A stretch of DNA of 64,000 nt from Alphaproteobacteria bacterium. GTDB taxonomy: Bacteria > Pseudomonadota > Alphaproteobacteria > CAAHEQ01 > UBA3637. The notes beneath the pieces were generated by a model, which had not been told where the DNA came from, searched no databases, and saw only the letters and a program-made list of their open reading frames with translations. The translations under genes and the position numbers were made by a program. The stretch is from assembly GCA_045614025.1 (NCBI GenBank), contig JAZLCE010000038.1:18875-82874 (forward strand). Reading direction: 5' to 3'. Position 1 is the stretch's first letter. Every line of letters starts with the position of its first letter. Positions 8,036 to 17,836 of this stretch are shown in pieces.

Positions 8036-11000
8036 CTAGAAAAGATATTTATATCCCATATTGATGCTATGACCCGTTGAAGATGATGAGAAATCATAGT
8101 CATATTTCAGTTCAAATTCACTTAATCCATAAAGCCATAACAAAGATCCCCCAACAGTGAACACATCTTTATCAACATTTAACCCTTCAACAGCAAATGG
8201 GGCTGCGTATCTTACAAAATTGGCTGTTGATTTAGCTGCAGTGTCACCAAATTCATGCGTCCATCTGGCATGGAACTCTGGGCGGAAACGATAGTTATGA
8301 CTACCAAAATCAAAAGCAGCTTTAATTTCAACCGGCATTTGAATGCTTGTTAAATCCGTTCCTTTTAATAAAACTCTAGCTCTACCTGTTCCTTTTTCAT
8401 CAACATTATCCATTTCAATTGATGTATAATCCAACCCAATTTTTGGCGTTAAAATAAAGTTAGGAGCAACCAAAATTTCATATCCAATGTCAGCACCTAA
8501 TGTAAATGCTGTCATATCAAAATCAGCTTTTGAAGATTCTGACAAAGAATTAATGGAGCGTTTTGAATCAACACTTGTTTGACTCCATAAGGCATAAAAA
8601 TCCATAAACGTGCGTGAATAGTGTGGATTTATACTTCCATAAACACCCAACCCATATGTGGTTAAATCAGACTTCATATTTTTATTGTTTTGTTCCATAT
8701 CGCCTGTGGCATATAAAGCAGCAAGACCCATGGTGAACACACCAACTTTGCGATCAATACCTGCTGTAAACCCGTATGCATTTAAATCATACCCACTTTG
8801 ATTATCTTTATCATCTTGAGTTAATGAAAGCATAAATGGTTTTGCCCAAATTCCGCCTCGATCTGACCTGCGATCCATATAAGGGTTTCGGCGCCCTGTT
8901 TGGAATCCATAATAATATCTTTCGTGTCCTGGGCGACCATAATAATATGGGTTTTTCACATAATAACGCGTTGTTTGGTTTTTAATGCGATAATTGCGCA
9001 TAGCATTCATTTCGCCTAACACACTTTCTTTAAAAACTTTTTGCATACGCATAGAAGCTTGCATTGTGTTTAAATATCCTTCTGGAGAATATTCATCTAA
9101 AACACGAACCGCTTCATCTGCTGATTCTGCAAAGAAAACTGTATCTAAGAAAGGATCAATACTATAAGCCCCTTCACTTTGGCGAATTTTTGTTAACGTA
9201 TCAGCGAGTTCATCAACATTTTTAGAATGATCTGCAATTTGAATCCCTTCTTTTAATGTTTTTATTCCTTTTACAGATATTGACAATGCATTATTTTCAA
9301 TCTTTTTATCAACCCCACTCCACAAAAATGTTGTTCGCAACTTATCACTATTCCCATTTAATTGTGTAGCCGATAAAATTTCATATTCTTGATTGGTTTG
9401 AATATCGCGCACCAAAACTCTTGTTCCATCAGCTAAATTAACTGTTCCTTCAACAGTAATTTTATCATTTTTATCACCATTGGCGCGCACATCAATATAT
9501 CCAGTTGAATCTGTTTCAACTGTTAAAGCTTTTGTTTGATATGGTAAAGTAGAATCCGTGATAATTGTATCAGATGAGAGCACTTTTAATTCAGAAATTG
9601 GTTGTGTTTCAATATCTTGCATTGAAACAGCTAAACGCGCATTTTCACGCAAAGCCAAATGCCCTGATTTAATATTTAAAACACCACTTCCAGCTAAAGC
9701 TGAATAAGGTTTTAACTCAATATCATTTGTGACATTAACGGCATTCGTTCCATCTTTATTCATAAATTCAAAAACGCCACCGTTCATATTCAAATTATCA
9801 ATATCAACATTTCTGAGAACTTGGAAGTGATCGGCGTTGACTGTCACCGTTGTATTTGAAACATCTTCGCCTTTTTTGATCAATTCTTGATCTCTTAAAA
9901 TTTGATTCACTGAAACATTCGCAAATGTTGTTAAAGAAGCATCCGTTGAAAGTTCAATACCATCAATTGGAGAGGCTGGCATTGTAACAGGCCCAGATGA
10001 TGTTAACGAATGAATATCATGGAAAACATTAAAATTACCACTTGAAACTAAAATCCGATCCATATGCATGGAACCACTTGAATTAATGCTTTTTCCCTTT
10101 CCTGCAGCAATTTCAAGTGTTGTATTCACAGCAGACCCATTTTGTTCTTTAATATCACCAATTTTATAATCACCAGTTAAACGAACAGTAGTGTTATCTC
10201 CCATCACAACATGATCAAAATTAACCGCATTGTTAATTGAAATACCCCCATTCGATAAAAGTAAATTTTCAGCACTAATCCAATTACTTGTATTATAAAA
10301 TTCTTGATCAGGCACAGCCACTTCAACGGTTGTATTCTTTGAACCTTCAATTCTTGTGACCGGATCATAAATATGAAGATCTCTGCCCGTCAACCTTAAA
10401 ATCGTATCTGAGCTTAAAGAAATCTTTCCCTTAATGCTTCCTTCAAGCTCTAAAAGGCCTTGTTCTAATAAAATTGAATCAACATCAATTTCGCCTTTTA
10501 AAAGAGTATAAAACCGATTATCATTTGACCGAACTGTTACATGAACATTTTCTGCCCCATCTGCTTTTTTAAGAGAACCTTGAATACCACCACCTTCATA
10601 TGTGTATAGTGGAATATTTTCCGGTAATTCTTCTAATAAGGTGGGATTTGTAATAAAAACCTTTGAATCAGAACCCAAAGTCACATTTGATTTTAACACA
10701 CCTGCAACTGTTACTTCAGCTCGTTTACCCATATCTAATTGATTCACCGTGAAACTTGAAGATGTTGTAAATTTACCATCATCTAAAAATTTAATAATAG
10801 GCGTATCAATTGTGCCATTAACAACTGTTATAGAAGAGGAATTTCCAAGATAAATGCCTTTGTTTATATCTAATTCAGCCAAATATGTAATCGGATAATC
10901 ACCTACTTGATGTGTTTGCTGATCCATATAAATATTGGCACCATCTTGCATACGGATGGTTTCACCTTCAATCTTGCCACCTAAAAGTTTCAAAGAAGAA

Positions 11001-12463
11001 TTTTCACCCATATTTATGTTATCAACTGATAACTCTCCTCGATAAACTCTGGCACTTAAAATTTCTTCAGGAACAATTGCCCATGTTTGAGTTGTTATAT
11101 CACCTACTGTTTCTGTTGAATCAGAAACTTGTGGTTCTAATACAGCTTCTTGCAATTCAGCACCAACAAATAAAGAAGATCCCTTACCAAAATTTAAAGA
11201 AGACTCTTCATTTAAAAACGCTTTATCCGAATCGCTTGTTTCAGAAGATGAAAGAGTCACTTTTCCGCTTTGAATATTAAACGTTCCATTTTCGCCAAAA
11301 GTGATATCATGCCCCGTTAGATTACTATCTTTTCTATTTTCAATAGTTGAATTATCACCCAAAATAATTCGATCTGCATGGAAAGAAGAAGCATGCGGAA
11401 CCTCCATCATTTCCACTTCTTCATCAGAAAGGTTACTGACAACCGTTGTGCTTGTATTACCATTTTCATCTGTAACAGTTGTTGTAATCACTTCACCTGT
11501 TTTCACGTTAAAAACACTTGCATATTGAAACGTATAATTGGCGCCGTTTGTAATGGTTGCATTATTACCCATCTGAATTGTTCCAACATCAAATGTTGTT
11601 CCCATTTCATTTGAAATTTTTCCGTTAGCACCCATTACCACATCATCTGCATAAAACTTGGCAAATGTTTCCATCCATTTTCCAGCTTTATTTTCAGGAT
11701 CTACTACTCCATCACCATCAGCATCTTCTTTCCAGATGTAATTATCACCTACGTTAAAAATAGAGCCGCCATCACCAAATTTTACAGAATCCATATTCGT
11801 TACATGACCGTTATAAAGTTTTCCAGCTCCACCAAACTGAAGCGTACCGCCTTCTAAACGCGCATCAGAAAAAACAACATCTGTTAATTTAACTTCACCA
11901 TCAACCTTGGCATAAACATCTTCAATGCCATTTTTAATCACACTACCATAATCTAACGAAATCAAATCAGCACGAATATCCCCATCTCTATTGGCGATTT
12001 CAGCATTTGTTCCCAATAAAATATTACCTGTTAGCAAAGGCTTTATATTCGTTACACTGGTTGTTCCACCTTCAGTTATTGGTTTCTTTTCATTTAAAAT
12101 CGTTGTTTTGGTAAATTCTTGAAGTTGGATATTTTGAATTGTTCCCGTATTTTCAATAAAAACACTTCCACCACGTGTTGGATAAGCCAAACCATAAATA
12201 CCATATCCATCTTCATTTGAAAGTATTTTTCCTGCATTATTAATCGAAACATCAAAAGAAGAATTCAATTGGTTAATTAATATACCATAATCATCTCCAG
12301 CATCTATATCATTAGACGAGGAATAAGAAGGAACTGAAGGAGTCAATTCAACCTGAAAAGGTTTTAACTGCATATCAGCTTGAGAAGCTGCAAATGCATT
12401 CACCGAATAAATAACGGCAAAAAAAGCAAAAACAGAAAATGAGAATTTAAATCTCTTCACCAT
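8036..12463 (-). CDS. large autotransporter with beta-helix-like passenger and C-terminal beta-barrel
   Basis: Signal peptide ending AFA; long Gly/Asn/Ser/Thr beta-strand-like passenger; barrel motifs GIWAKPF, GFTAGID, LTPKIGLDY, WTHEFGD; ends GYKYLF. Confidence 0.9.
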   Translation of the reverse strand: MVKRFKFSFSVFAFFAVIYSVNAFAASQADMQLKPFQVELTPSVPSYSSSNDIDAGDDYGILINQLNSSFDVSINNAGKILSNEDGYGIYGLAYPTRGGSVFIENTGTIQNIQLQEFTKTTILNEKKPITEGGTTSVTNIKPLLTGNILLGTNAEIANRDGDIRADLISLDYGSVIKNGIEDVYAKVDGEVKLTDVVFSDARLEGGTLQFGGAGKLYNGHVTNMDSVKFGDGGSIFNVGDNYIWKEDADGDGVVDPENKAGKWMETFAKFYADDVVMGANGKISNEMGTTFDVGTIQMGNNATITNGANYTFQYASVFNVKTGEVITTTVTDENGNTSTTVVSNLSDEEVEMMEVPHASSFHADRIILGDNSTIENRKDSNLTGHDITFGENGTFNIQSGKVTLSSSETSDSDKAFLNEESSLNFGKGSSLFVGAELQEAVLEPQVSDSTETVGDITTQTWAIVPEEILSARVYRGELSVDNINMGENSSLKLLGGKIEGETIRMQDGANIYMDQQTHQVGDYPITYLAELDINKGIYLGNSSSITVVNGTIDTPIIKFLDDGKFTTSSSFTVNQLDMGKRAEVTVAGVLKSNVTLGSDSKVFITNPTLLEELPENIPLYTYEGGGIQGSLKKADGAENVHVTVRSNDNRFYTLLKGEIDVDSILLEQGLLELEGSIKGKISLSSDTILRLTGRDLHIYDPVTRIEGSKNTTVEVAVPDQEFYNTSNWISAENLLLSNGGISINNAVNFDHVVMGDNTTVRLTGDYKIGDIKEQNGSAVNTTLEIAAGKGKSINSSGSMHMDRILVSSGNFNVFHDIHSLTSSGPVTMPASPIDGIELSTDASLTTFANVSVNQILRDQELIKKGEDVSNTTVTVNADHFQVLRNVDIDNLNMNGGVFEFMNKDGTNAVNVTNDIELKPYSALAGSGVLNIKSGHLALRENARLAVSMQDIETQPISELKVLSSDTIITDSTLPYQTKALTVETDSTGYIDVRANGDKNDKITVEGTVNLADGTRVLVRDIQTNQEYEILSATQLNGNSDKLRTTFLWSGVDKKIENNALSISVKGIKTLKEGIQIADHSKNVDELADTLTKIRQSEGAYSIDPFLDTVFFAESADEAVRVLDEYSPEGYLNTMQASMRMQKVFKESVLGEMNAMRNYRIKNQTTRYYVKNPYYYGRPGHERYYYGFQTGRRNPYMDRRSDRGGIWAKPFMLSLTQDDKDNQSGYDLNAYGFTAGIDRKVGVFTMGLAALYATGDMEQNNKNMKSDLTTYGLGVYGSINPHYSRTFMDFYALWSQTSVDSKRSINSLSESSKADFDMTAFTLGADIGYEILVAPNFILTPKIGLDYTSIEMDNVDEKGTGRARVLLKGTDLTSIQMPVEIKAAFDFGSHNYRFRPEFHARWTHEFGDTAAKSTANFVRYAAPFAVEGLNVDKDVFTVGGSLLWLYGLSEFELKYDYDFSSSSTGHSINMGYKYLF

Positions 12464-12622
12464 TGCCCCCACCTGGTTTTTTTTAGCGCTTCTTATTTTC
12501 TAGCATATATTTTTTTTATTGACAAGCAAAAAGATATCCTTTTTTTTAAATTATTTTTTTTCATATTTATTTTTATATCATTTTAAAATTATACAACCAT
12601 TTCAATAAGATAATATGACAGG

Positions 12623-12651
12623 TTGACAAAAAAGAACCTTTCAGCTAGTAT
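12623..12651 (+). promoter_or_regulatory. sigma70 promoter of the msbA-like gene
   Basis: TTGACA(12623-12628)-N17-TAGTAT(12646-12651); supports the ATG at 12677 as the real start. Confidence 0.55.
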
Positions 12652-12676
12652 AAAAAAAACTTTTTTAGAGGAAATC

Positions 12677-14473
12677 ATGAAACAAAAAATTAAAGATCGA
12701 TTAAAAAAGAACGCTTTTATTTTAAATTATTCCAGAATGTGGCCATTCATTAAACCTTTTTGGGGAAGAGCCTTGGCCGCCACACTTATCACCATTCCAA
12801 TTGGATCATTGGATGCAGTCATCGCCCTTTCTTTAAAACCATTTATGGATACTGTTATCATGGAAAAAGGTGGTGAAACACCTTTTAATTTACCTCTTTA
12901 TGTGATCCCTCTATTCATTGTTGTTTTCACAATTATTCAAAGCGCGCTAGAATACGGTGCTTCATATTTAAATGCTTGGGTTGGTGGAAAAATCACAAAT
13001 AATGTTAAAGAAAAAATTTATCAAAAACTGGTTACTTGTGAATCCGCATTTGTTGATAAAAACACATCAGGATTTGTTGTTTTCAGATGCGATAGTGATC
13101 CTAATTTAGCTTGTTCTGGCCTGTTAAATAATTTAAAAGTTTTCACCACACGTCTCTTCTCTTCGTTCTCTCTTATTTTTGTTTTATTTTACACCTCTTG
13201 GCAATTAGCCATTATTGCCATTATTGTTTTAGGTTCAGCTCTTTATCCGCTAACACAAATCAGAAAAAAGATTAAAGAAGTTATGAATTCAACTGTTATG
13301 GCAGGTGGCGCTGTTTTAACTGCTTTTAATGAAACTTTTTCAGGATTAAAAACCATTGCATCTTATAATCTTGAAGATCACCAATCAAACCGTTTTTCAA
13401 GCGTGTTAAAACAAATGTTTAAATTAAAAATTAAATACACTCAAAAAACAGCTTGGCTTTCTCCAATGATGCATATCATTATTTCTTTAGGAATTGCAGG
13501 AACAATTTGGTATGGAAGTTATTTGATTAAATCGGGCACAATTACAAGCGGTGATTTCGTTGCATTTATGACCGCACTGTTAATGCTTTATACCCCAGTT
13601 AAAAACATTGGTAAAAATTTTACTGCCGTTCAAATGTCTTTCATGGCCATTGAACGCGTTTTTGAATTTTTAGAAATGAAAATGAGTGTTTCAGAAAAAG
13701 AAAATGCCCCAGCCTTATCTCCCATTCAAAATCAAATTGAATATAAAAATATCACTTTTAGTTATGATGGCAAAAAAAACGTTTTAAACGATATTAATTT
13801 AACCATCAAAAAAGGAGAAAAAATAGCTTTTGTTGGAAATTCTGGTGGCGGAAAAACAACTCTTGTAAACTTGCTTCCAAGATTTTATGAAATCTCAAAA
13901 GGAAATATCTTCATTGATAATGTTGATATTAAAGATGTCTCATTAAAATCATTAAGAAATCAAATTGCAGTAGTCTTTCAAGATAACTTCTTGTTTGCAG
14001 GAACAATTAGAGATAATATTTTACTTGGCAAGCAAGATGCAACAGAAACAGAAATTGAAAAAGCATTAAAAAGCGCTTGTTTAGATGAATTCATCAACTC
14101 TCTGCCCAAAGGATTGGATACAGAAATTGGCGAACGAGGTGTTCTTTTATCTGGCGGACAAAAACAACGCGTTGCAATTGCAAGAGCTTTCTTAAAGGAT
14201 GCACCAATTGTTATTTTAGATGAAGCAACATCCGCTCTTGATAATAAATCTGAAGCCATTGTTCAACAAGCAATTGATAATTTAATGAATGATCGAACAG
14301 TTTTTGTTATCGCACATCGACTTTCAACCATTCAAAATGCCGATAAAATTGTTGTCGTCAATGAAGGGAAACTCATTGAACAAGGAACGCATGATGATCT
14401 GTTAGAATTAAAAAGCGCATATCATGCACTTTATATGGCTCAATTTAAATCCAAAAAGATGGATACACAATAG
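12677..14473 (+). CDS. msbA: MsbA-like ABC exporter (fused permease/ATPase)
   Basis: N-terminal TM domain; GNSGGGKT, LSGGQKQR, ILDEATSALD, IAHRLST. Confidence 0.8.
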   Translation: MKQKIKDRLKKNAFILNYSRMWPFIKPFWGRALAATLITIPIGSLDAVIALSLKPFMDTVIMEKGGETPFNLPLYVIPLFIVVFTIIQSALEYGASYLNAWVGGKITNNVKEKIYQKLVTCESAFVDKNTSGFVVFRCDSDPNLACSGLLNNLKVFTTRLFSSFSLIFVLFYTSWQLAIIAIIVLGSALYPLTQIRKKIKEVMNSTVMAGGAVLTAFNETFSGLKTIASYNLEDHQSNRFSSVLKQMFKLKIKYTQKTAWLSPMMHIIISLGIAGTIWYGSYLIKSGTITSGDFVAFMTALLMLYTPVKNIGKNFTAVQMSFMAIERVFEFLEMKMSVSEKENAPALSPIQNQIEYKNITFSYDGKKNVLNDINLTIKKGEKIAFVGNSGGGKTTLVNLLPRFYEISKGNIFIDNVDIKDVSLKSLRNQIAVVFQDNFLFAGTIRDNILLGKQDATETEIEKALKSACLDEFINSLPKGLDTEIGERGVLLSGGQKQRVAIARAFLKDAPIVILDEATSALDNKSEAIVQQAIDNLMNDRTVFVIAHRLSTIQNADKIVVVNEGKLIEQGTHDDLLELKSAYHALYMAQFKSKKMDTQ

Positions 14474-14483
14474 TTCATTTTTT

Positions 14484-14535
14484 GTTGCCCATGGTAAAAA
14501 AACGCTTATCTGAAAAACTGTGATAAGCGTTTTTT
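14484..14535 (+). promoter_or_regulatory. 14-bp inverted repeat (terminator-like) containing an RpoH-like promoter for hsp20
   Basis: AAAAAACGCTTATC(14497-14510)-N11-GATAAGCGTTTTTT(14522-14535); GTTGCC(14484-14489)-N15-CTTATCT(14505-14511) resembles the alphaproteobacterial RpoH consensus CTTGAA-N15/16-CCTATAT. Confidence 0.6.
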
Positions 14536-14551
14536 ATTAAAGGAGAAAAAA

Positions 14552-15031
14552 ATGAAACAAAAAATTGCACCTTATACTCAAAAATATATAAATAAAAGAA
14601 ATAAAGAAGTTGATCACATTCAAAATGAAATCAACCGCATTTTTAATAAACATTTAGCTCCACGCAATTGGACAGATAATTCTGATTTAAATTTATTTGA
14701 TCCAGATATTGATATTTTTGAAACAGATAAAGCCGTTATGGTTGAAGCAGAACTTCCTGGAATGAAATCTGCGGATATTGATATTCAAATTTCAAAAGAT
14801 GGATATCTTACAATTAGAGGAGAAAAAACCAATTCACATGAAACAACAAATGAAGATGGCTATTATTTTTCAGAACGCTCCTTTGGTTTTTTAAACAGAA
14901 GTATCGCCCTGCCCGAAAACTGCCAAACTGAAAAAGCTGAAGCCGATTTTAAAAACGGTGTACTCAAAATTGTCATCCCTAAAATAACAGATGAAAAAGA
15001 AGCTCCTAAAAAAGTTAAAATAAAAGAATAA
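14552..15031 (+). CDS. Hsp20/alpha-crystallin small heat-shock protein
   Basis: PDIDIFE, AELPGM, LTIRGEK, ERSFG..RSIALP, FKNGVLKI, C-terminal VxI; SD AAGGAG. Confidence 0.93.
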   Translation: MKQKIAPYTQKYINKRNKEVDHIQNEINRIFNKHLAPRNWTDNSDLNLFDPDIDIFETDKAVMVEAELPGMKSADIDIQISKDGYLTIRGEKTNSHETTNEDGYYFSERSFGFLNRSIALPENCQTEKAEADFKNGVLKIVIPKITDEKEAPKKVKIKE

Positions 15032-15051
15032 CAACTAAAAAACACAAACAC

Positions 15052-15090
15052 AAAAAAGCACCCCTCTCCCATTAAGAAGAGTGCTTTTTT
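15052..15090 (+). terminator. probable intrinsic terminator after hsp20
   Basis: AAAAAAGCAC..GTGCTTTTTT. Confidence 0.65.
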
Positions 15091-15119
15091 GTGTTATTCT
15101 TTTATATTTTATAAAAAAA

Positions 15120-15148
15120 TTGACATAATTTTAATTTTATGATATAAT
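15120..15148 (+). promoter_or_regulatory. perfect-consensus sigma70 promoter with extended -10
   Basis: TTGACA(15120-15125)-N17-TATAAT(15143-15148) with TG at 15140-15141; SD AAGGAGG at 15174-15180. Confidence 0.8.
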
Positions 15149-15186
15149 TCACTAAATTATATTTATTTTTTTAAAGGAGGCTTTTT

Positions 15187-15447
15187 GTGAACACAAAATT
15201 AATAGAAAAGGAAAATTCGTTTTCCATATCAAAAACACACATAGAAACCTCAAATAACAATGAAAACAACATATTTTTAGCGTCTTTTTCAAACAAAGAA
15301 ACAAACATATTAAAATTCAAACACTTATTCTTTTCAATAAAAGAAAAAATTAATAATTATTCAAATTTGATCACAAATAGTCACACTAATTTGATTGAAA
15401 TGCATCAAGTAACCCAATATATGCTTTCACATAGAAAAGGAAGATAA
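15187..15447 (+). CDS. hypothetical protein
   Basis: GTG start 6 nt after AAGGAGG; first gene after the consensus promoter. Confidence 0.6.
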   Translation: MNTKLIEKENSFSISKTHIETSNNNENNIFLASFSNKETNILKFKHLFFSIKEKINNYSNLITNSHTNLIEMHQVTQYMLSHRKGR

Positions 15448-15448
15448 A

Positions 15449-15844
15449 ATGAGTTCAAAAACAAGCACCTATTTTCATCATCTTTTATCTACGCTTGAAC
15501 CTATTTTAAAAAGCGCACAAGATCCATCTGATAAGTTATATAAAAATGCAAAACAAAATCAAGACAATGCATTTAACCAAATGTGTTACTATCAATCATA
15601 TTCTGAAAAACAAGATAAAACTGGGTTCATGCAACAAGAATATAAAAAATGGAAAACCATTTATCTTTGTTATTCAGAACCAAAACTGGTTTTACACGCC
15701 TTTAATAAAGGTCTTATCAGCAAAAAAGTTCAAAAGGCTATTCTTTCTCATTTTTTAAATAGCTCATCAACACTTGCCTTTAGAAAAAAAGGCGGGATAA
15801 ACATCCCTCATCAGTTTTTTCAAAAAAATGAAAACACACACTAA
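15449..15844 (+). CDS. hypothetical protein
   Basis: 131-aa ORF starting 1 nt after the upstream stop. Confidence 0.65.
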   Translation: MSSKTSTYFHHLLSTLEPILKSAQDPSDKLYKNAKQNQDNAFNQMCYYQSYSEKQDKTGFMQQEYKKWKTIYLCYSEPKLVLHAFNKGLISKKVQKAILSHFLNSSSTLAFRKKGGINIPHQFFQKNENTH

Positions 15845-15860
15845 TTAAAAGGACAAAACA

Positions 15861-16523
15861 ATGAAAGAACATAATGAAATTAAAGAATTATTATTAAAAA
15901 ATGCGAATCACCAACCGCTCACTGATTATGAAATTGAAAAATCAAGAGAATTAGCTTCGCAAGATTCGGAAAATATATTAGGAATGCTTTCTGAAATTGC
16001 AGAAAACGTTAATTTGTTACCATATATTGAAGATAAAAAACTTGCCTATCAACGAGCCGAATCGCATATTCAATTTTATTTAACTCATTTTAGCCAAAAA
16101 ATCAAAAAAACACCTCAATTGATTCACCTTCAATCAATTGATATGAAATGCCAAGCAAAAACAAATCAATCTGATAATGAACCCATTGGAGAAACAATTC
16201 TTGAATTAATTTCAAAATGCTCAATTAATCCTGTTTTATATGCAAAAGCCATTCAATTAGGAGCCGTTGTTACTCCTGCTGTTGAAAAAAACTTTGCTTA
16301 TACAGCTTATGAAAAAAGAAAATATACAAATGTTGTAACAGCACACAAACAAATTAATAAAGTAAATGAATTATTTTTAAATTCAAATACCATTTTGAAT
16401 AGCTGGATTGAAAGTGGCAAAAAATTAACACCACATGAAATAAAATCTGGAGCTGCAAGACTTCCCATATCCGTTCAAAAAGCCTTATTTGAAGCATTAA
16501 AAACACTTCAACGAACAAAATAA
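15861..16523 (+). CDS. hypothetical protein
   Basis: 220-aa ORF with SD AAGGA, followed by a terminator. Confidence 0.75.
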   Translation: MKEHNEIKELLLKNANHQPLTDYEIEKSRELASQDSENILGMLSEIAENVNLLPYIEDKKLAYQRAESHIQFYLTHFSQKIKKTPQLIHLQSIDMKCQAKTNQSDNEPIGETILELISKCSINPVLYAKAIQLGAVVTPAVEKNFAYTAYEKRKYTNVVTAHKQINKVNELFLNSNTILNSWIESGKKLTPHEIKSGAARLPISVQKALFEALKTLQRTK

Positions 16524-16549
16524 AAAAGTGGGTTCATCCCACTTTTTTA
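16521..16549 (+). terminator. intrinsic terminator
   Basis: AAAAAAGTGGG..CCCACTTTTTT. Confidence 0.85.
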
Positions 16550-16585
16550 TTTGAAAAATCTTTCTTTTATAGTATAATTTTTCTT

Positions 16586-16975
16586 ATGAAAAAAATTTTA
16601 ATCTTTCTTATTATTTTGATGATTTTATTGCTTTTTCCTTTTTTAAAAGAAAAAACCATTGTTCGACATCTTCCTTTTCAAAAACAAAAAATATCTCAAA
16701 TTAATTATTTAACACCCTCAATTGATTTAAAAATTCCAATTGATTATAATTTTAAAACACAAAAAGAATTTTCTTTTTCAAGCGACATAATAACTTACGA
16801 ACAAAAAGAAGAAACCATTCTTTTAAATTTCAGTCAATGTCACTCATTTACAGAAAAACCAGATGCTCTTTTTAATAAATTCAAGAAGCAATCTGAGAGT
16901 AATTCTAAAGAAAAAAATAATCTTTATGAAATGGACTGTGGAATCATTCAAACTTCATTTCCACTATCATTTTAA
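16586..16975 (+). CDS. hypothetical protein with N-terminal membrane anchor, possibly on a leaderless mRNA
   Basis: MKK plus hydrophobic stretch; TTGAAA-N16-TATAAT ends 7 nt before the ATG and there is no SD. Confidence 0.55.
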   Translation: MKKILIFLIILMILLLFPFLKEKTIVRHLPFQKQKISQINYLTPSIDLKIPIDYNFKTQKEFSFSSDIITYEQKEETILLNFSQCHSFTEKPDALFNKFKKQSESNSKEKNNLYEMDCGIIQTSFPLSF

Positions 16976-17073
16976 TTTTTTTAAAATTTTTTAATTTTTT
17001 TAATTTTTTTTGTTGTTTTTTTATTTTTTTTTTGTTACATAGGAATAAGAATAGAAATAGAAGGAGAGAAAAC

Positions 17074-17406
17074 ATGAAAAAATTTTTATTATTTTTAGTC
17101 GTTTTGGGTGGGTTGACAGCCGGTGTTGCATATTATTCAAACAATGCTTTGTTTAGCGATTTGCCAAACACAAGTTCAAGTGTAAACTTAACTAAAACAG
17201 TAACAGTTCAACATCCAAACTGGAAAGATGAAATCGTTCCACTTGAAGCAAACCGTGCTCGCCGTAAAAACGGATCAGACCATTGTCAAATTCAAAACAT
17301 CACACCAACATCTTTCGAAGTTGTTTGGGATAGATGGGGAATTGAAACATATACACTCAACACAGAAACAGGTATTTATCACTTATCTGCAAAAAGACCA
17401 AAATAA
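17074..17406 (+). CDS. small exported or membrane-anchored hypothetical protein
   Basis: ATG at 17074 after AAGGAG; MKKFLLFLVVLGG signal; Trp-containing small domain (HPNWKD, VVWDRWGIE). Confidence 0.7.
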   Translation: MKKFLLFLVVLGGLTAGVAYYSNNALFSDLPNTSSSVNLTKTVTVQHPNWKDEIVPLEANRARRKNGSDHCQIQNITPTSFEVVWDRWGIETYTLNTETGIYHLSAKRPK

Positions 17407-17417
17407 AAATATAAAAG

Positions 17418-17445
17418 AAAAAACGGGGGAAACCCCGTTTTTTTT
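17418..17445 (+). terminator. intrinsic terminator
   Basis: AAAAAACGGGG-GAAA-CCCCGTTTTTTTT. Confidence 0.9.
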
Positions 17446-17836
17446 ATATTTAAACACAAAAAATTACTATCACAACTTTATAAAAAATAATCCACACATT
17501 AACGATATATTGCATTTAATCATGTTTTTGATACGCAAAAACATCAACTTAAAATATTATCCCATCATATCACCTGTTCTACTTTAATTGTTGCATATAA
17601 CTGCAATAATGATTCAAGCATAAAAATTAATGAAGATTTTTTTCAAACATAAATGCTTAAAAAACTTTACATCATTACACACTCTTATCATTCAAATAAA
17701 ACAAAAAAGAATTGGAAATAATTTTAAACAATTACCTTTTACAAAATTTTAAGTAATTTTTTCTAATAACATTGAATTTTTCTTTATTTTATGGTATGAT
17801 TACCCCGTTTATTAATTTTTATGATAGGAGTTTATT

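Noticed and set aside
15052..15090. CIRCE-like AGCAC..GAGTGCT near hsp20
   Set aside because: It lies downstream of the gene, has the wrong spacing and flanks for TTAGCACTC-N9-GAGTGCTAA, and has A/T runs typical of a terminator.
16970..17035. Long T-tract run, and other A/T homopolymers, as phase-variation sites
   Set aside because: A/T runs are everywhere in this AT-rich sequence and none interrupts a reading frame.
17446..17836. T-box riboswitch upstream of glyQS
   Set aside because: No T-box consensus (GGTGGNACC) is present, and the candidate promoter is only ~36 nt from the start codon.
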